64,000 nt of DNA from contig JACROE010000002.1 in assembly GCA_016214565.1 (NCBI GenBank), positions 344,007-408,006 of the forward strand, given 5' to 3'. A program made the position numbers and the translations under genes. Below are positions 40,820 through 50,904 of this stretch, piece by piece (the first letter of the stretch is position 1; each line of letters begins with the position of its first letter). Under the pieces are notes generated by a model, which was given only the letters and a program-made list of their open reading frames with translations, ran no database searches and was not told the origin of the DNA. This stretch comes from Candidatus Kerfeldbacteria bacterium (GTDB lineage: Bacteria > Patescibacteriota > Patescibacteriia > UBA10025 > JAHIVO01).

Positions 40820-41380
40820 TTACTTCAAGCGGCTTTGGACAAACTCCCAGACTTGCCGATATTCGGCTTCAGGCGTCAGATCAGTCGTGTCTAAAAACAA
40901 ATCGTAATGCGCGGGAGAAAAAATATCCAAATGATAATACTTTTGGTAGCGCAATTGATCGCTGGCAAGCCGTGCGCGAACCGCATTCTCTACCGCAACG
41001 TAATCCGTGAGATTTACACCCTCATTCCGATCCTGCGCTCCCTGCCGTATTGCGTCCCAGATGCGCTGGCTGCCGACCTCCACTGATACGTCAAGGAATA
41101 TCTTAATCGCGTGGGGAATAAAATGGAATGCGGTGCGACTTTCAATAATAAAGTCATCCTTCGTTTTACCTAATTCCGTCAGATACTCATCAAACTCCGT
41201 GTCGCCCTCAGGATGGGACTCGCTCCAAGCGTTAAATTCCTGAAGGGTCATCCCTTTCCGTCGCGCCATCTCGCGCCGCATGCCGCCGATGTAGATGCGC
41301 TCATAGCCAAGCGCCGCCGCGAGCCTGGTCGCGACGGTGCTTTTGCCTGAGCCTGGTTTGCCGTTCAAACTAATAATCAT
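40820..41380 (-). CDS. Cytidylate kinase-like (archaeal-type Cmk)
   Basis: MIISLNGKPGSGKST, IESR, KIFL, RYQKYY, YDLFLDT. Confidence 0.88.
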   Translation of the reverse strand: MIISLNGKPGSGKSTVATRLAAALGYERIYIGGMRREMARRKGMTLQEFNAWSESHPEGDTEFDEYLTELGKTKDDFIIESRTAFHFIPHAIKIFLDVSVEVGSQRIWDAIRQGAQDRNEGVNLTDYVAVENAVRARLASDQLRYQKYYHLDIFSPAHYDLFLDTTDLTPEAEYRQVWEFVQSRLK

Positions 41381-43655
41381 TGATCGGGCGTTGACGATTG
41401 AAGCGATGATTACCGCCATGGGAACCATGAGACGGACGATTAAAGGGACGTCGTGGACGATCCTGCACGCCCTCGGGGTCAGTCGATGGAGCGGATTGAT
41501 CAAAAACTTTATGAGACAATTCCACGCGACCTTTTTCTTTGTCTACCCCCATCACCTTCACCTTGAGTGGGTCGCCAACTTTTACGACATCGGAGACGCG
41601 ATTGATTCGCTGATTTCTAAATTGTGAAATGTGAACCATGCCGTCTTTGCCAGGAAGCACTTCGACGATAGCGCCGATCTCACTTCCGGTATTACGATCC
41701 GTAACGATGCGGGTGACGACGCCATCGTATACCTCGCCGACAGTTAAGTCGTGGGTAAGATTCTTGATCCAATCAATTGCCTTTTTAGACATATCGGCAT
41801 TTGTCGAGGTCACCATGATCAAACCGGTGTCCTCAATATCAATCTGCAATACATCCTCACCACCGCATTCCTCAATAATCTTATTGATTGTTTCACCGCC
41901 TTTACCGATGACTTCACGGATTTTTTCAGGATCAATCTGCACTGCGGTAATGCGCGGTGCGTATTGAGACATTTCGGTACGAGGCGCGGGTATAATTTGC
42001 GTCATTCGTTCCAAAATTGCCAAGCGAGCTTTTAAGGCGGCGGCGAGCGTATCACCGATCACCGCGAAATCAATGCCGTGCAATTTCACATCAAGCTGAA
42101 TAGCGGTAATACCCGTGCTGGTACCCGCAACTTTGAAATCCATATCACCATCATGATCCTCCACGCCTTGAATATCAGTCAGCAACCGGTAATTGGATGA
42201 ATTATCCGGATCAGTAATTAAGCCAATAGCAACGCCTGCAACCGGCGCGAGAATCGGCACGCCTGCATCCATCAAAGCAAGCGATGATCCACAAGCGGAC
42301 GCCTGGGATGAAGAACCATTTGACGAGAGCACCTCAGATACAACACGAATGGTGTAGGGGAATGATTCTTTTGACGGGAGCACAGGCTCAAGCGCCTTCT
42401 CAGCGAGAGCCCCATGACCGATCTCTCGGCGGCCAGGGGAGCGAACTGGTTTTGCTTCGCCCACCGAAAAGCCAGGGAAATTATAATGATGCATATAGCG
42501 CTTCTTGCCGCTCTCTTCCATGGTGTCGAGCACTTGCTCATCTCCGGGAGAACCCAGGGTGACAATGGAGAGTACCTGCGTTTCACCACGATTAAATAGT
42601 CCGGAGCCATGGGTGCGAGGCAGTAGGCCCACTTCACACCACACTTCACGAAGTTCATCGATTGACCGGCCATCAACGCGCTTGCCTGTCTCAAGCACCA
42701 AACGCCGCACTTCCCGATAATACGCTTCATCAATAAGCCCAATGCCCTTGGCACGGTGTTCTTTCGACACTGCATTATCGGCCTTGAGCATGGCATCGAG
42801 CTCGGTTTTGACCGCTTCCAATGCAGCGGCGTGTTCTTGTTTGCCACGTATCTGGAATACGGCTGGTAATTTTTCCTGGAGGAACGCGTTTACTTTTGTT
42901 TCCACGGCCTGCCAGGTCTGCTGTTCTTCAGGCGCAGCGGGAGTGCCAATCACTGACATTTTAGTCCGACCAACTTTTGCTTGGATTTCCCGGATAAATG
43001 TCACGATGCCACTGCTTTGTTTAAAACCAAATTCCATGGCCTGCAACATGACATCTTCCGGAATCTGTGCGCCACCCGCTTCGATCATCACTACTTTTTT
43101 GTCAGTGCCAACGACCACTAAATCCAAATCGCTTTTCTCGCGTTGTTCATATGATGGATTCAAAATCCATTCACCATTCACCCGGCCAACCCGTGAGCCA
43201 GCCACCGGACCATGCCAGGGGATATCAGAAACGGACAAAGCAGCTGACGCGGCAATGAGCGAAACAACATCCGCGTCATTCTCTTGGTCAACTGATAGTA
43301 CGGTCACCACGACCTGAATATCATTCCGAATTGATTCGTCGAAGAGTGGGCGAATCGAACGATCCACCATACGCGCGGTGAGCACTGCTTCATCAGTCGG
43401 ACGGCCTTCGCGCTTGATGAAGCGGGAGCCTTTAATTTTCCCGGCCGCATACAGGCGCTCTTCATAATCCACCATCAGCGGAAAATAATCGATGCCATCG
43501 CGGATGGTATCACTTAATACTGCCGTAGCGAGGACAACCGTACCGCCATATTGAACGGTACAGGAGCCATTGGTCTGTCCGGCAAGTTTGCCGAACTCAA
43601 ATGTCATTTCTTTACCGGCTACCGTCGTGGTAAACCGTTGGGGAGTAGGAACCAT
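41370..43655 (-). CDS. pnp: Polyribonucleotide nucleotidyltransferase
   Basis: FPLMVDYEE, KREGRP, PRTHGS, RREIGHG, SNGSSS, GDMDFKVAG, KH and S1 domains. Confidence 0.98.
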   Translation of the reverse strand: MVPTPQRFTTTVAGKEMTFEFGKLAGQTNGSCTVQYGGTVVLATAVLSDTIRDGIDYFPLMVDYEERLYAAGKIKGSRFIKREGRPTDEAVLTARMVDRSIRPLFDESIRNDIQVVVTVLSVDQENDADVVSLIAASAALSVSDIPWHGPVAGSRVGRVNGEWILNPSYEQREKSDLDLVVVGTDKKVVMIEAGGAQIPEDVMLQAMEFGFKQSSGIVTFIREIQAKVGRTKMSVIGTPAAPEEQQTWQAVETKVNAFLQEKLPAVFQIRGKQEHAAALEAVKTELDAMLKADNAVSKEHRAKGIGLIDEAYYREVRRLVLETGKRVDGRSIDELREVWCEVGLLPRTHGSGLFNRGETQVLSIVTLGSPGDEQVLDTMEESGKKRYMHHYNFPGFSVGEAKPVRSPGRREIGHGALAEKALEPVLPSKESFPYTIRVVSEVLSSNGSSSQASACGSSLALMDAGVPILAPVAGVAIGLITDPDNSSNYRLLTDIQGVEDHDGDMDFKVAGTSTGITAIQLDVKLHGIDFAVIGDTLAAALKARLAILERMTQIIPAPRTEMSQYAPRITAVQIDPEKIREVIGKGGETINKIIEECGGEDVLQIDIEDTGLIMVTSTNADMSKKAIDWIKNLTHDLTVGEVYDGVVTRIVTDRNTGSEIGAIVEVLPGKDGMVHISQFRNQRINRVSDVVKVGDPLKVKVMGVDKEKGRVELSHKVFDQSAPSTDPEGVQDRPRRPFNRPSHGSHGGNHRFNRQRPINDY

Positions 43656-43829
43656 AGTTCTTTCCTTTCGTAACTACCGCATCAGAGTCTGCACTATGGA
43701 TACGAGCTCATAAACTTGTGCTCCGGAGTACATCGAATCCTGATGTACTGCGGTGAATAAGCCTACGAAACGTCGCACCTGCATGTGCTCCATCTCAATG
43801 TAGTAGATATATTAATTATCAAATAAATT

Positions 43830-44348
43830 TTATCGACCGATAAATCGGCGACGAGGTGCAATTAAATATTTCTTTTTGTCTTCACTTAAATCATGAAATT
43901 CGTCAGTGACGGCGCGAAGATTTGATGAGGCGGATTCGCCAAATGCGATCACCTCGACAAAGACGCCAAGGTTTTTCAGATAATTTATCAACGGTACGAA
44001 GTCGCCATCACCGGTTACCAGCACCACAACGTCCAGTTTCGGCGCCAATCGAACCGCGTCGATAGCCACACCAATATCCCAATCGCCTTTTTTGTTGCCA
44101 CCGTGGAATATCTGCAGCTCTTTCATTTTTACTTCAAAGCCTTGGTTGTCCAGCGCTTCAAAAAATTTCTGTTCATCAACGTTGTCCGCCTTGATGACGT
44201 AGGCAATCGCCCGGATCAGCTCTCGGTCAGCCACCGCCGTATCAAGCACGGCGCCAAAATTAACCTTTGCCCCGTACAAATTCTTTGCGGAGTAATAGAG
44301 GTTTTGAACGTCGACGAAAACACCGACGCGTTGAGCTTTAAGTTTCAT
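43830..44348 (-). CDS. NYN-domain (LabA/DUF88) protein
   Basis: VFVDVQN, KGDWD, TGDGDF; start overlaps the rpsO stop (TAATG). Confidence 0.92.
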   Translation of the reverse strand: MKLKAQRVGVFVDVQNLYYSAKNLYGAKVNFGAVLDTAVADRELIRAIAYVIKADNVDEQKFFEALDNQGFEVKMKELQIFHGGNKKGDWDIGVAIDAVRLAPKLDVVVLVTGDGDFVPLINYLKNLGVFVEVIAFGESASSNLRAVTDEFHDLSEDKKKYLIAPRRRFIGR

Positions 44349-44617
44349 TACTTCTTCTTAAGTTTCAGCTTAACTGACAAGTCTTCGAAACTTTTCGCAT
44401 TCTCCTTCTCGAGATATCGCAGGAGACGACGACGCTGTCCTACTTTGCGCAGGAGACCACGACGTGAAGAGAAGTCTTTCTTGTGATCCTTAAGGTGGCC
44501 AGTCAAGCGCTTAATCTCTTCCGAGAGTATTGCAATTTGGACCTCGGCGGAGCCAGTGTCCTTCTCATGCACTTTATACTTCTCGATTATCTTATCCTTT
44601 TCCTTTTTGGTTAGCAT
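44348..44617 (-). CDS. rpsO: 30S ribosomal protein S15
   Basis: [24 protein letters not shown]; start set at MLTKKE. Confidence 0.98.
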   Translation of the reverse strand: MLTKKEKDKIIEKYKVHEKDTGSAEVQIAILSEEIKRLTGHLKDHKKDFSSRRGLLRKVGQRRRLLRYLEKENAKSFEDLSVKLKLKKK

Positions 44618-44865
44618 AATTGTTCCTTTCAGGCGAATCCGAGTAAAAGGGGCTAACCATCGACCCAAAACCCAGTATTCGTCTTCATAAATTAAGTACC
44701 CATAGTATACGAAATAGACCCACCCTGTCAACCCCGCTAGAAACGACATTGAAAATGAGTCCTTCCGTTTCTGATGGAGTCAGTCAAAGCTTAAGCCACC
44801 AAAACGCAGGGGATGATTGCGAATTTTGACTCCATGCCTAATGTGTCGTAAAATGACGCCACACT

Positions 44866-45723
44866 ATGACCAACGAGTGCTTCACCATGATGAATCAATA
44901 TCTAGACGTTGTTCGGCAAGACGGCTCAATCCAGGCTGCAAAAAATTACCAAGCCTACCTCCGTAAATTTTTTACCATGACCCAGTGTCAAACGATTAAT
45001 GGCATCACGGCCGAACATGTACAAACATTTCGCAACCAGCTCCAACAAACGAGAACCAGCCGAGCCGAATTAATGCGTACATCGACAATCAACTATCACC
45101 TCATTGCACTGCGTTCATTTATCCGGTACTGTCACGAGCAGGGGATGACCCAACTCACTGAAACGGCTATTCCTCTGCTGCCCGCGGCTCGGCATGCCCG
45201 CCCCTCTATTACCCACTATGACCTAAGTCAGTTTCGCGAAGCGCCACTCACCGCCACAAATGCAGAAATCATCCAGCGTCGAGATAAAGCCTTGATTGAA
45301 TTATTACTCACCACGGGGTTAAAGGTTTCCGAAATTGCTTCACTCAAACGCACCGATGTGCAATCAGGAAAAAATATTCTTGCGATCCGCGGTCTCCGCG
45401 ACACTGTCCGTACCCTCAACCTTACGAAACAAACTCACCATTGGTTGCGCCAATATCTTCAGATGCGGCGCGACGACGCAACCGCACTCTTTGTTCGTCA
45501 TGACAAAGCGCAAAAAACTACCCCAAACGCGCTGACGGCACGGAGTATCCAACGTATTATCAAGCGCTATGCGCTCTCCTCAGGTTTAGGCAGGGACGTC
45601 ACGCCAGAATCACTACGTCAGCAATACGCTAAAATCTTGGCGGCCAATGGTGAAACTATTCAAGAGATCAAAAAACGTTTGGGCCACGCGTCAAGTACTA
45701 CCACTAAGCGATATACAAAATAA
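44866..45723 (+). CDS. Tyrosine recombinase (XerC/D-like) with substituted catalytic residues
   Basis: TINYHLIALRSF, RDKALIELL, TGLKVSE, RSIQR, TPESLRQ, LGH, TTKRY. Confidence 0.85.
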   Translation: MTNECFTMMNQYLDVVRQDGSIQAAKNYQAYLRKFFTMTQCQTINGITAEHVQTFRNQLQQTRTSRAELMRTSTINYHLIALRSFIRYCHEQGMTQLTETAIPLLPAARHARPSITHYDLSQFREAPLTATNAEIIQRRDKALIELLLTTGLKVSEIASLKRTDVQSGKNILAIRGLRDTVRTLNLTKQTHHWLRQYLQMRRDDATALFVRHDKAQKTTPNALTARSIQRIIKRYALSSGLGRDVTPESLRQQYAKILAANGETIQEIKKRLGHASSTTTKRYTK

Positions 45724-45734
45724 TTAATACGCAT

Positions 45735-45809
45735 GCCCCTGTAGTTCAACGGACAGAACAAGAGCCTTCTAAGCTCTGGATGCAGGTTCGACTCCTGCCG
45801 GGGGTACCA
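45735..45809 (+). tRNA. tRNA-Arg(TCT)
   Basis: CTTCTAA loop, GGTTCGACT, CCA. Confidence 0.95.
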
Positions 45810-45825
45810 CTCACACGACACAGCT

Positions 45826-48366
45826 ATGAATACCCAGCGCGAGTTACTCCTCACCTTTTGCACGAAAACCGTCGAAGCACTCAATCAAGAGCTTGGCGTC
45901 AAATCTGACCAGGGTTTGAACGATACTGAAGTTGCCGAACGCCAAAAAAAATTTGGCGCCAATGAAATGCACCCTCATCAAATAGGCATCGGGAGTGTGT
46001 TTGCTCGCCAATTCAAATCAGCCTTTATTTATCTGCTTTTAATCGCGGCGGCGATTGTTATTGTGGCCGGAGAAACGCTCGATGGTATTATTATAATAAT
46101 TTTTGTGCTAATTAATGCTACGCTCGGATTTGTTCAGGAATACCGCTCTGAACGGGCGCTCAAATTATTACAACAATATGTTAAAACAGAAACGTCGGTC
46201 AGGCGACATGGTGAACTGCATCGGATTGACGCACGCGAATTAGTCCCCGGAGATATTGTTATAATCCAAACTGGCGATTCAGTCCCGGCCGACGTACGTT
46301 TACTCAAGGTATCGGGGTTACTGGTTAATGAAACCGCGCTGACTGGTGAATCAGTGGCCGTGGATAAAGATGCCGATGCTCTTGAAGCGCAGCCAGCTGA
46401 TCTCTATGCCGCACGTAATCTCTGCTTCTCTGGTACGTCCGTTGTTCAAGGAGAAGCCGAAGGAATCGTCATCGCAACCGGTCTCCAAACCGCCATCGGA
46501 AATATTACCCAGCTCACCACCGAGGCCGTCAAAGAAAGTAACTTCGCCAAAGGCATTGGCCGTTTTAGCAAATTCATTTTGCAAATGATCCTGATTACAC
46601 TGGTTTTTGTCTTTGTGGCAAATCGTTTAATCAAAGGGTCTGAAGTAAGCCTCATCGAGCAACTGGTATTCTCGCTGGCTCTCGCAGTCAGCGTGATTCC
46701 CGAAGCACTGCCGGTTGTTTCGACCGTTTCATTAAGTCGTGGCGCCGTAGAATTAGCCAAGCGCAAAGTGGTGGTAAAACGATTAACCTCAATCGAAGAT
46801 ATCGGTGGTATCGATGTATTGTGCTCCGATAAAACAGGAACGCTCACAGAAAATAAATTATCTCTCACCCACTACTGGCCGCAGGAGAGTGAACAAACGC
46901 TCCTCTTTGGCAACCTAGCGGCGCAGCAGGATGAAGAAAAGCACGAACCCTTTGACGCGGCACTATGGGAAGCTGCGCCCGACGACGTTCGCCGGCAGAT
47001 TGACCGCTACACTCGTATCACTGAATTTCCTTTTGACCCGGTACGACGACTCAATGGGGTCGTGGTACAAAACGGAGTGAAGACATTCAGTATCATTCGC
47101 GGCGCACCAGACGAAATCCTCAAACGCTGCACCACGCTTGATGCCGGCACACAAGCAGCAGCTGCCAAGTGGCTCCGCGAACGCGGCCACGCCGGTGAAC
47201 GAGTATTAGCAATCGCCACAGGCCCTGCTGCGCAGGAAATATTGCCCGATACCCCCTATGAGCTGATTGGCATTATGTCATTCGTCGACCCCATCAAAGA
47301 ATCAACCTTTCGTGCTGTGACCAAAGCGCGCGCACTCGGCGTGTCTATGAAAATCATTACCGGCGATGCGGCAGAAGTAGCCGGGGCCGTTGCTCAGCAA
47401 ATTAAACTCACCGCACACCCCGATCATGTCATGAGCGGTTCCGATTTTGAAAAACTATCACTAATGGAGCGACGACAAGCTGTAGAAAATTTTTCGGTGT
47501 TTGCCCGCGTCAACCCTGAACAAAAATTTGCCATTATCGATACACTCCAATCGCATCATAATGTTGGTTTCTTGGGCGAGGGGATTAATGACGCACCGGC
47601 CCTTAAACGTGCTGGTGTTTCGTTGGTGGTCCAGAGCGCGGCCAGCATTGCCCGAGAAGCGGCCGACATTATTCTCCTCCAAAAAAACCTTGAAGTCATC
47701 ATCGATGGGATCGAATACGGGCGCACGGTTTTTGCGAATACCATCAAATATCTCAAAGCCACCCTGGCGTCAAACTTTGGGAACTTCTACGCCATTGCCT
47801 TGGGATCGCTATTTATCAGCTACTTGCCAATGCTTCCTCTGCAAATATTATTAGTAAATCTTCTGTCAGACTTTCCCATGATTTCCATTGCCACTGATAA
47901 CGTAAAAAAATCTGAAGTGACGCGGCCTCAGCGCTACAATGTTCGCGAAATCGTTTATATTGCCACGGTCCTTGGCGTGGTTAGCACCGTCTTTGACTTC
48001 ATGTTCTTTGGGTTCTTTTTTCGCGAAGCTCCGGCTGTACTCCAAACCAATTGGTTTATGGGGAGCATTTTGACTGAACTCGTTTTTCTCTTTTCGATCC
48101 GCACCAGTCTGCCATTCTACAAAGCTGCCAAACCATCACGGTATATACTATTCTTAACCGGCGCGGCAGTTGTACTGACAGTTTTGATTCCCTACTTACC
48201 GTTTGGTCAATCAGTATTTAAATTTGCTCCTCCGAGCATCGGTCATCTAGCGATTATTTTTGGCCTGGTTATTGCATATTTCGCCTGCAGTGAAATAGTA
48301 AAAAATATGTTCTACAAATTGGCAACCCCTCACACAACGTCCTCACACTCCCATGCAACTCAATAA
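45826..48366 (+). CDS. P-type cation-transporting ATPase (MgtA-like)
   Basis: LTGES, IPEALP, CSDKTGTLT, TGD, GEGINDAPAL, SNFGN. Confidence 0.92.
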   Translation: MNTQRELLLTFCTKTVEALNQELGVKSDQGLNDTEVAERQKKFGANEMHPHQIGIGSVFARQFKSAFIYLLLIAAAIVIVAGETLDGIIIIIFVLINATLGFVQEYRSERALKLLQQYVKTETSVRRHGELHRIDARELVPGDIVIIQTGDSVPADVRLLKVSGLLVNETALTGESVAVDKDADALEAQPADLYAARNLCFSGTSVVQGEAEGIVIATGLQTAIGNITQLTTEAVKESNFAKGIGRFSKFILQMILITLVFVFVANRLIKGSEVSLIEQLVFSLALAVSVIPEALPVVSTVSLSRGAVELAKRKVVVKRLTSIEDIGGIDVLCSDKTGTLTENKLSLTHYWPQESEQTLLFGNLAAQQDEEKHEPFDAALWEAAPDDVRRQIDRYTRITEFPFDPVRRLNGVVVQNGVKTFSIIRGAPDEILKRCTTLDAGTQAAAAKWLRERGHAGERVLAIATGPAAQEILPDTPYELIGIMSFVDPIKESTFRAVTKARALGVSMKIITGDAAEVAGAVAQQIKLTAHPDHVMSGSDFEKLSLMERRQAVENFSVFARVNPEQKFAIIDTLQSHHNVGFLGEGINDAPALKRAGVSLVVQSAASIAREAADIILLQKNLEVIIDGIEYGRTVFANTIKYLKATLASNFGNFYAIALGSLFISYLPMLPLQILLVNLLSDFPMISIATDNVKKSEVTRPQRYNVREIVYIATVLGVVSTVFDFMFFGFFFREAPAVLQTNWFMGSILTELVFLFSIRTSLPFYKAAKPSRYILFLTGAAVVLTVLIPYLPFGQSVFKFAPPSIGHLAIIFGLVIAYFACSEIVKNMFYKLATPHTTSSHSHATQ

Positions 48367-49033
48367 AAAAATTATCGTTATTACCGGAGCCAGCAAAGGT
48401 CTGGGAAGTGCATTAGCGGAAGCCGCGCTCCGTGAAGGCGCCCGTGTCGTTCGCTCTGCACGCGTGCTTCCCCGTGGCAGTTCACGATATACCCCAAACG
48501 AAATATGGATCCGCGCTGATGTCACCAAACCGGCTGACATGGACCGACTGGCGAAATCAGCAATTAAACATTTTGGCACTATTGATATTTGGATTAATAA
48601 CGCTGGCGTTCGTATCCCGCATGGACCGATCGAAAAAATCAACATCCCCCGCATGCATCGCATGATGGAGGTTAATCTCTTTGGCATGCTCTATGGCTCT
48701 CGCACAGCGCTCAACCATATGAAACGCCGCCGACAGGGAACTATTATTAATATACTTTCCACGAGTGCACTGACCGGCAGAGCCAATTCTGCTGCTTATT
48801 GTGCAAGTAAATACGCGGCAACCGGATTTACCAAATCACTCCGGCTCGAAGCAGCGCCAAAAAAAATTTCGGTGATCGGCGTCTACCCGGGTGGCATGCG
48901 CACGAATTTCTTCGATGAACAACGGCCGGCTGACTACGACAAATACATGAATCCGGCGTATGTAGCCGAACGCATCATCGCCAACCTCAAACGATCCTCC
49001 CCGCGAGAAGAGCTTATTATCAAACGAACATAA
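48353..49033 (+). CDS. Short-chain dehydrogenase/reductase
   Basis: TGASKGLG, NNAG, YCASK. Confidence 0.93.
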   Translation: MQLNKKIIVITGASKGLGSALAEAALREGARVVRSARVLPRGSSRYTPNEIWIRADVTKPADMDRLAKSAIKHFGTIDIWINNAGVRIPHGPIEKINIPRMHRMMEVNLFGMLYGSRTALNHMKRRRQGTIINILSTSALTGRANSAAYCASKYAATGFTKSLRLEAAPKKISVIGVYPGGMRTNFFDEQRPADYDKYMNPAYVAERIIANLKRSSPREELIIKRT

Positions 49034-49036
49034 CGC

Positions 49037-49747
49037 ATGCATATTCCTGATGGATTCATTAATAATAACATCACCGGTCCGGCACTAGGATCAGCGGGTG
49101 CATTTGCCGCCGTAGCATTTCACAAAATATATCGAGAAGTAATGCAACGAGTTGCGGTGGCGCATAAGCAGCTGGCCACAATACCGGCGACCTCAGCTGA
49201 AATAACGACACGCCAAACTGCGGTCTCGAAATCGGGAAAGCGACAGCTGTGGCAGATGGCGACTGTCGGCAGTTTTATTTTTTTGATACAGCTTATTGAC
49301 GTACCGCTCATCAATGGGACGCCGGGTCACCTCCTCGGCGGAGCGCTTGCCGCTTTCATACTCGGTCCCTGGGCAGCGATGGTTACCATGGCAATCGTAT
49401 TATCGATTCAGGCGATCATACTCGGCGATGGCGGCACGATTGCGCTTGGTATTAATTTTCTCACTATGGGCGTCATAGCTATTTGGACTGCCTGGGGAAT
49501 GAGCTCTATGATAAAGAAAAAAACTCATGCCATACTCGGCCTAAGCACGGCGCTATCGGTCATAATCACTGCGCTGGTGACGGCTACCATTATGCAATTT
49601 GACACTTCCCGGTTTGGCGGAAACGTTCAGTCATTTATACTCACACACTGCGTTATCGGTATCGCGGAGGCGGGCGTCACGATAGTACTCATCCGCTGGT
49701 GGCAATCTCAAAAACAATCAATCGCGATCGCTGATATAAAAAAATAG
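49037..49747 (+). CDS. CbiM/NikM-type ECF transporter substrate-binding component
   Basis: MHIPDGF N-terminus, GHLLGG, GDGG, multiple TMs. Confidence 0.88.
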   Translation: MHIPDGFINNNITGPALGSAGAFAAVAFHKIYREVMQRVAVAHKQLATIPATSAEITTRQTAVSKSGKRQLWQMATVGSFIFLIQLIDVPLINGTPGHLLGGALAAFILGPWAAMVTMAIVLSIQAIILGDGGTIALGINFLTMGVIAIWTAWGMSSMIKKKTHAILGLSTALSVIITALVTATIMQFDTSRFGGNVQSFILTHCVIGIAEAGVTIVLIRWWQSQKQSIAIADIKK

Positions 49748-49807
49748 GCGGCCAGCTGACCGGTTTGATACGAGGGCTTGGCGTGTCGCCAGGTCTGATT
49801 GATTACA

Positions 49808-50449
49808 TTACAGAAATTGAATAATCAAGTTGGTAGCGAAGAAAGCGACTCCACCCAATAAGTGCACGATAATCGGCAAGGCAATTCGCCGGTAACGCTC
49901 CATTATGTATCCAAGAAATAAACCAAAGCTGAAGGTGACGAGCATCATCATCCAGCCGTATTGTAAATGTGAAATCGAATATAGAAATGACGAAATAACA
50001 ACCGCCACCCACGGCCGCGGTATCCAATGTCGAATCTGCGCCCAAACATACCCTCGAAAAATATATTCCTGAAGCGGAATGCTGAGAAGCACATAGAAGA
50101 GCATGGTAAATAGGAACAACGGTTGATGTGCGGCACCGGTCCAAGGTGAAATGTCAAAATATCGACTGACGGTACCGGCCAAACCAAATAAAACACCGAG
50201 GACGCCCGCAGTGGTCAACATGGTAATAATCCCAAGTATGGTAAGGTCGAGAGTACGAATGCCGAGTAGCTGGCGAATCGAACGATCGTCTTGCAGCGAA
50301 TAAAAACACCACAAGCTGCCGTAGGCAATTAATAAATTGCTAATCATGCTAACCCCAAATCGAGAATCGTGATAGAGCGGATAAAATACAAAAAAGAGTA
50401 CGGCAGCACCAATAATCAGTAATAAAAATCGTATGGCACGGATATGCAT
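49808..50449 (-). CDS. CPBP/Abi-family intramembrane protease
   Basis: QEYIFRG, YSISH, PIIVH, multiple TMs. Confidence 0.85.
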   Translation of the reverse strand: MHIRAIRFLLLIIGAAVLFFVFYPLYHDSRFGVSMISNLLIAYGSLWCFYSLQDDRSIRQLLGIRTLDLTILGIITMLTTAGVLGVLFGLAGTVSRYFDISPWTGAAHQPLFLFTMLFYVLLSIPLQEYIFRGYVWAQIRHWIPRPWVAVVISSFLYSISHLQYGWMMMLVTFSFGLFLGYIMERYRRIALPIIVHLLGGVAFFATNLIIQFL

Positions 50450-50493
50450 ATCTCTATCATACCCCAAAATTGCCTAGTCTTCTAGAGGCATTC

Positions 50494-50522
50494 TTGATTT
50501 TACCGATACACTACACTATACT
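50494..50522 (+). promoter_or_regulatory. Sigma70 promoter upstream of the tRNA-Lys fragment / GIY-YIG / tRNA-Lys unit
   Basis: TTGATT-17bp-TATACT. Confidence 0.7.
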
Positions 50523-50547
50523 AATTCAATCTCACTCATGTTGACGC

Positions 50548-50628
50548 GCGCCGTTAGCTCAGTTGGTACCCCTTGTCCGGCAGAGCCGGACCGGGGCCCC
50601 GGCCCGTAAGGGCCAGGGGGAGCAGATC
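50548..50628 (+). pseudogene. 5' fragment of tRNA-Lys interrupted by a 51-nt double hairpin
   Basis: GCGCCGTTAGCTCAGTTGGTA + insert 50569-50619 + GAGCAGATC equals the first 30 nt of tRNA-Lys at 50895. Confidence 0.93.
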
Positions 50629-50637
50629 ATATTTCAT

Positions 50638-50904
50638 ATGCACTTTCTCTACATATTACGCAGCAAAGTTGACCACAACCTGTACATCGGCATTGCTGAA
50701 GATGTTGAAAAAAGAATTGCACAGCACAATGCCGGTCGAGTACGATCTACAAAAAGTAGAAGACCATTACAGCTCGTGTACCAACAATCATTTCCAACTC
50801 GCCAAGAGGCTGCTAAACAGGAATGGTTACTCAAACATACGCCCGGTGCCGGTAAGCAAAAACAACGACTCGTTGAAAATTATCGACAATCTATGCGCCG
50901 TTAG
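50638..50904 (+). CDS. Small GIY-YIG nuclease (88 aa)
   Basis: FLYIL...LYIG, RIAQHN, STKSRRP, FPTRQEAAKQEWLLK; the stop codon lies inside tRNA-Lys. Confidence 0.92.
   Translation: MHFLYILRSKVDHNLYIGIAEDVEKRIAQHNAGRVRSTKSRRPLQLVYQQSFPTRQEAAKQEWLLKHTPGAGKQKQRLVENYRQSMRR

Noticed and set aside
30815-43317. Long antisense or alternate-frame ORFs over tig, hppA, nusA and pnp
   Set aside because: Shadow frames of well-supported genes
50563-50637. 25-aa N-terminal extension of the GIY-YIG ORF
   Set aside because: It reads through the tRNA fragment and hairpins; the ATG at 50638 gives the normal domain start
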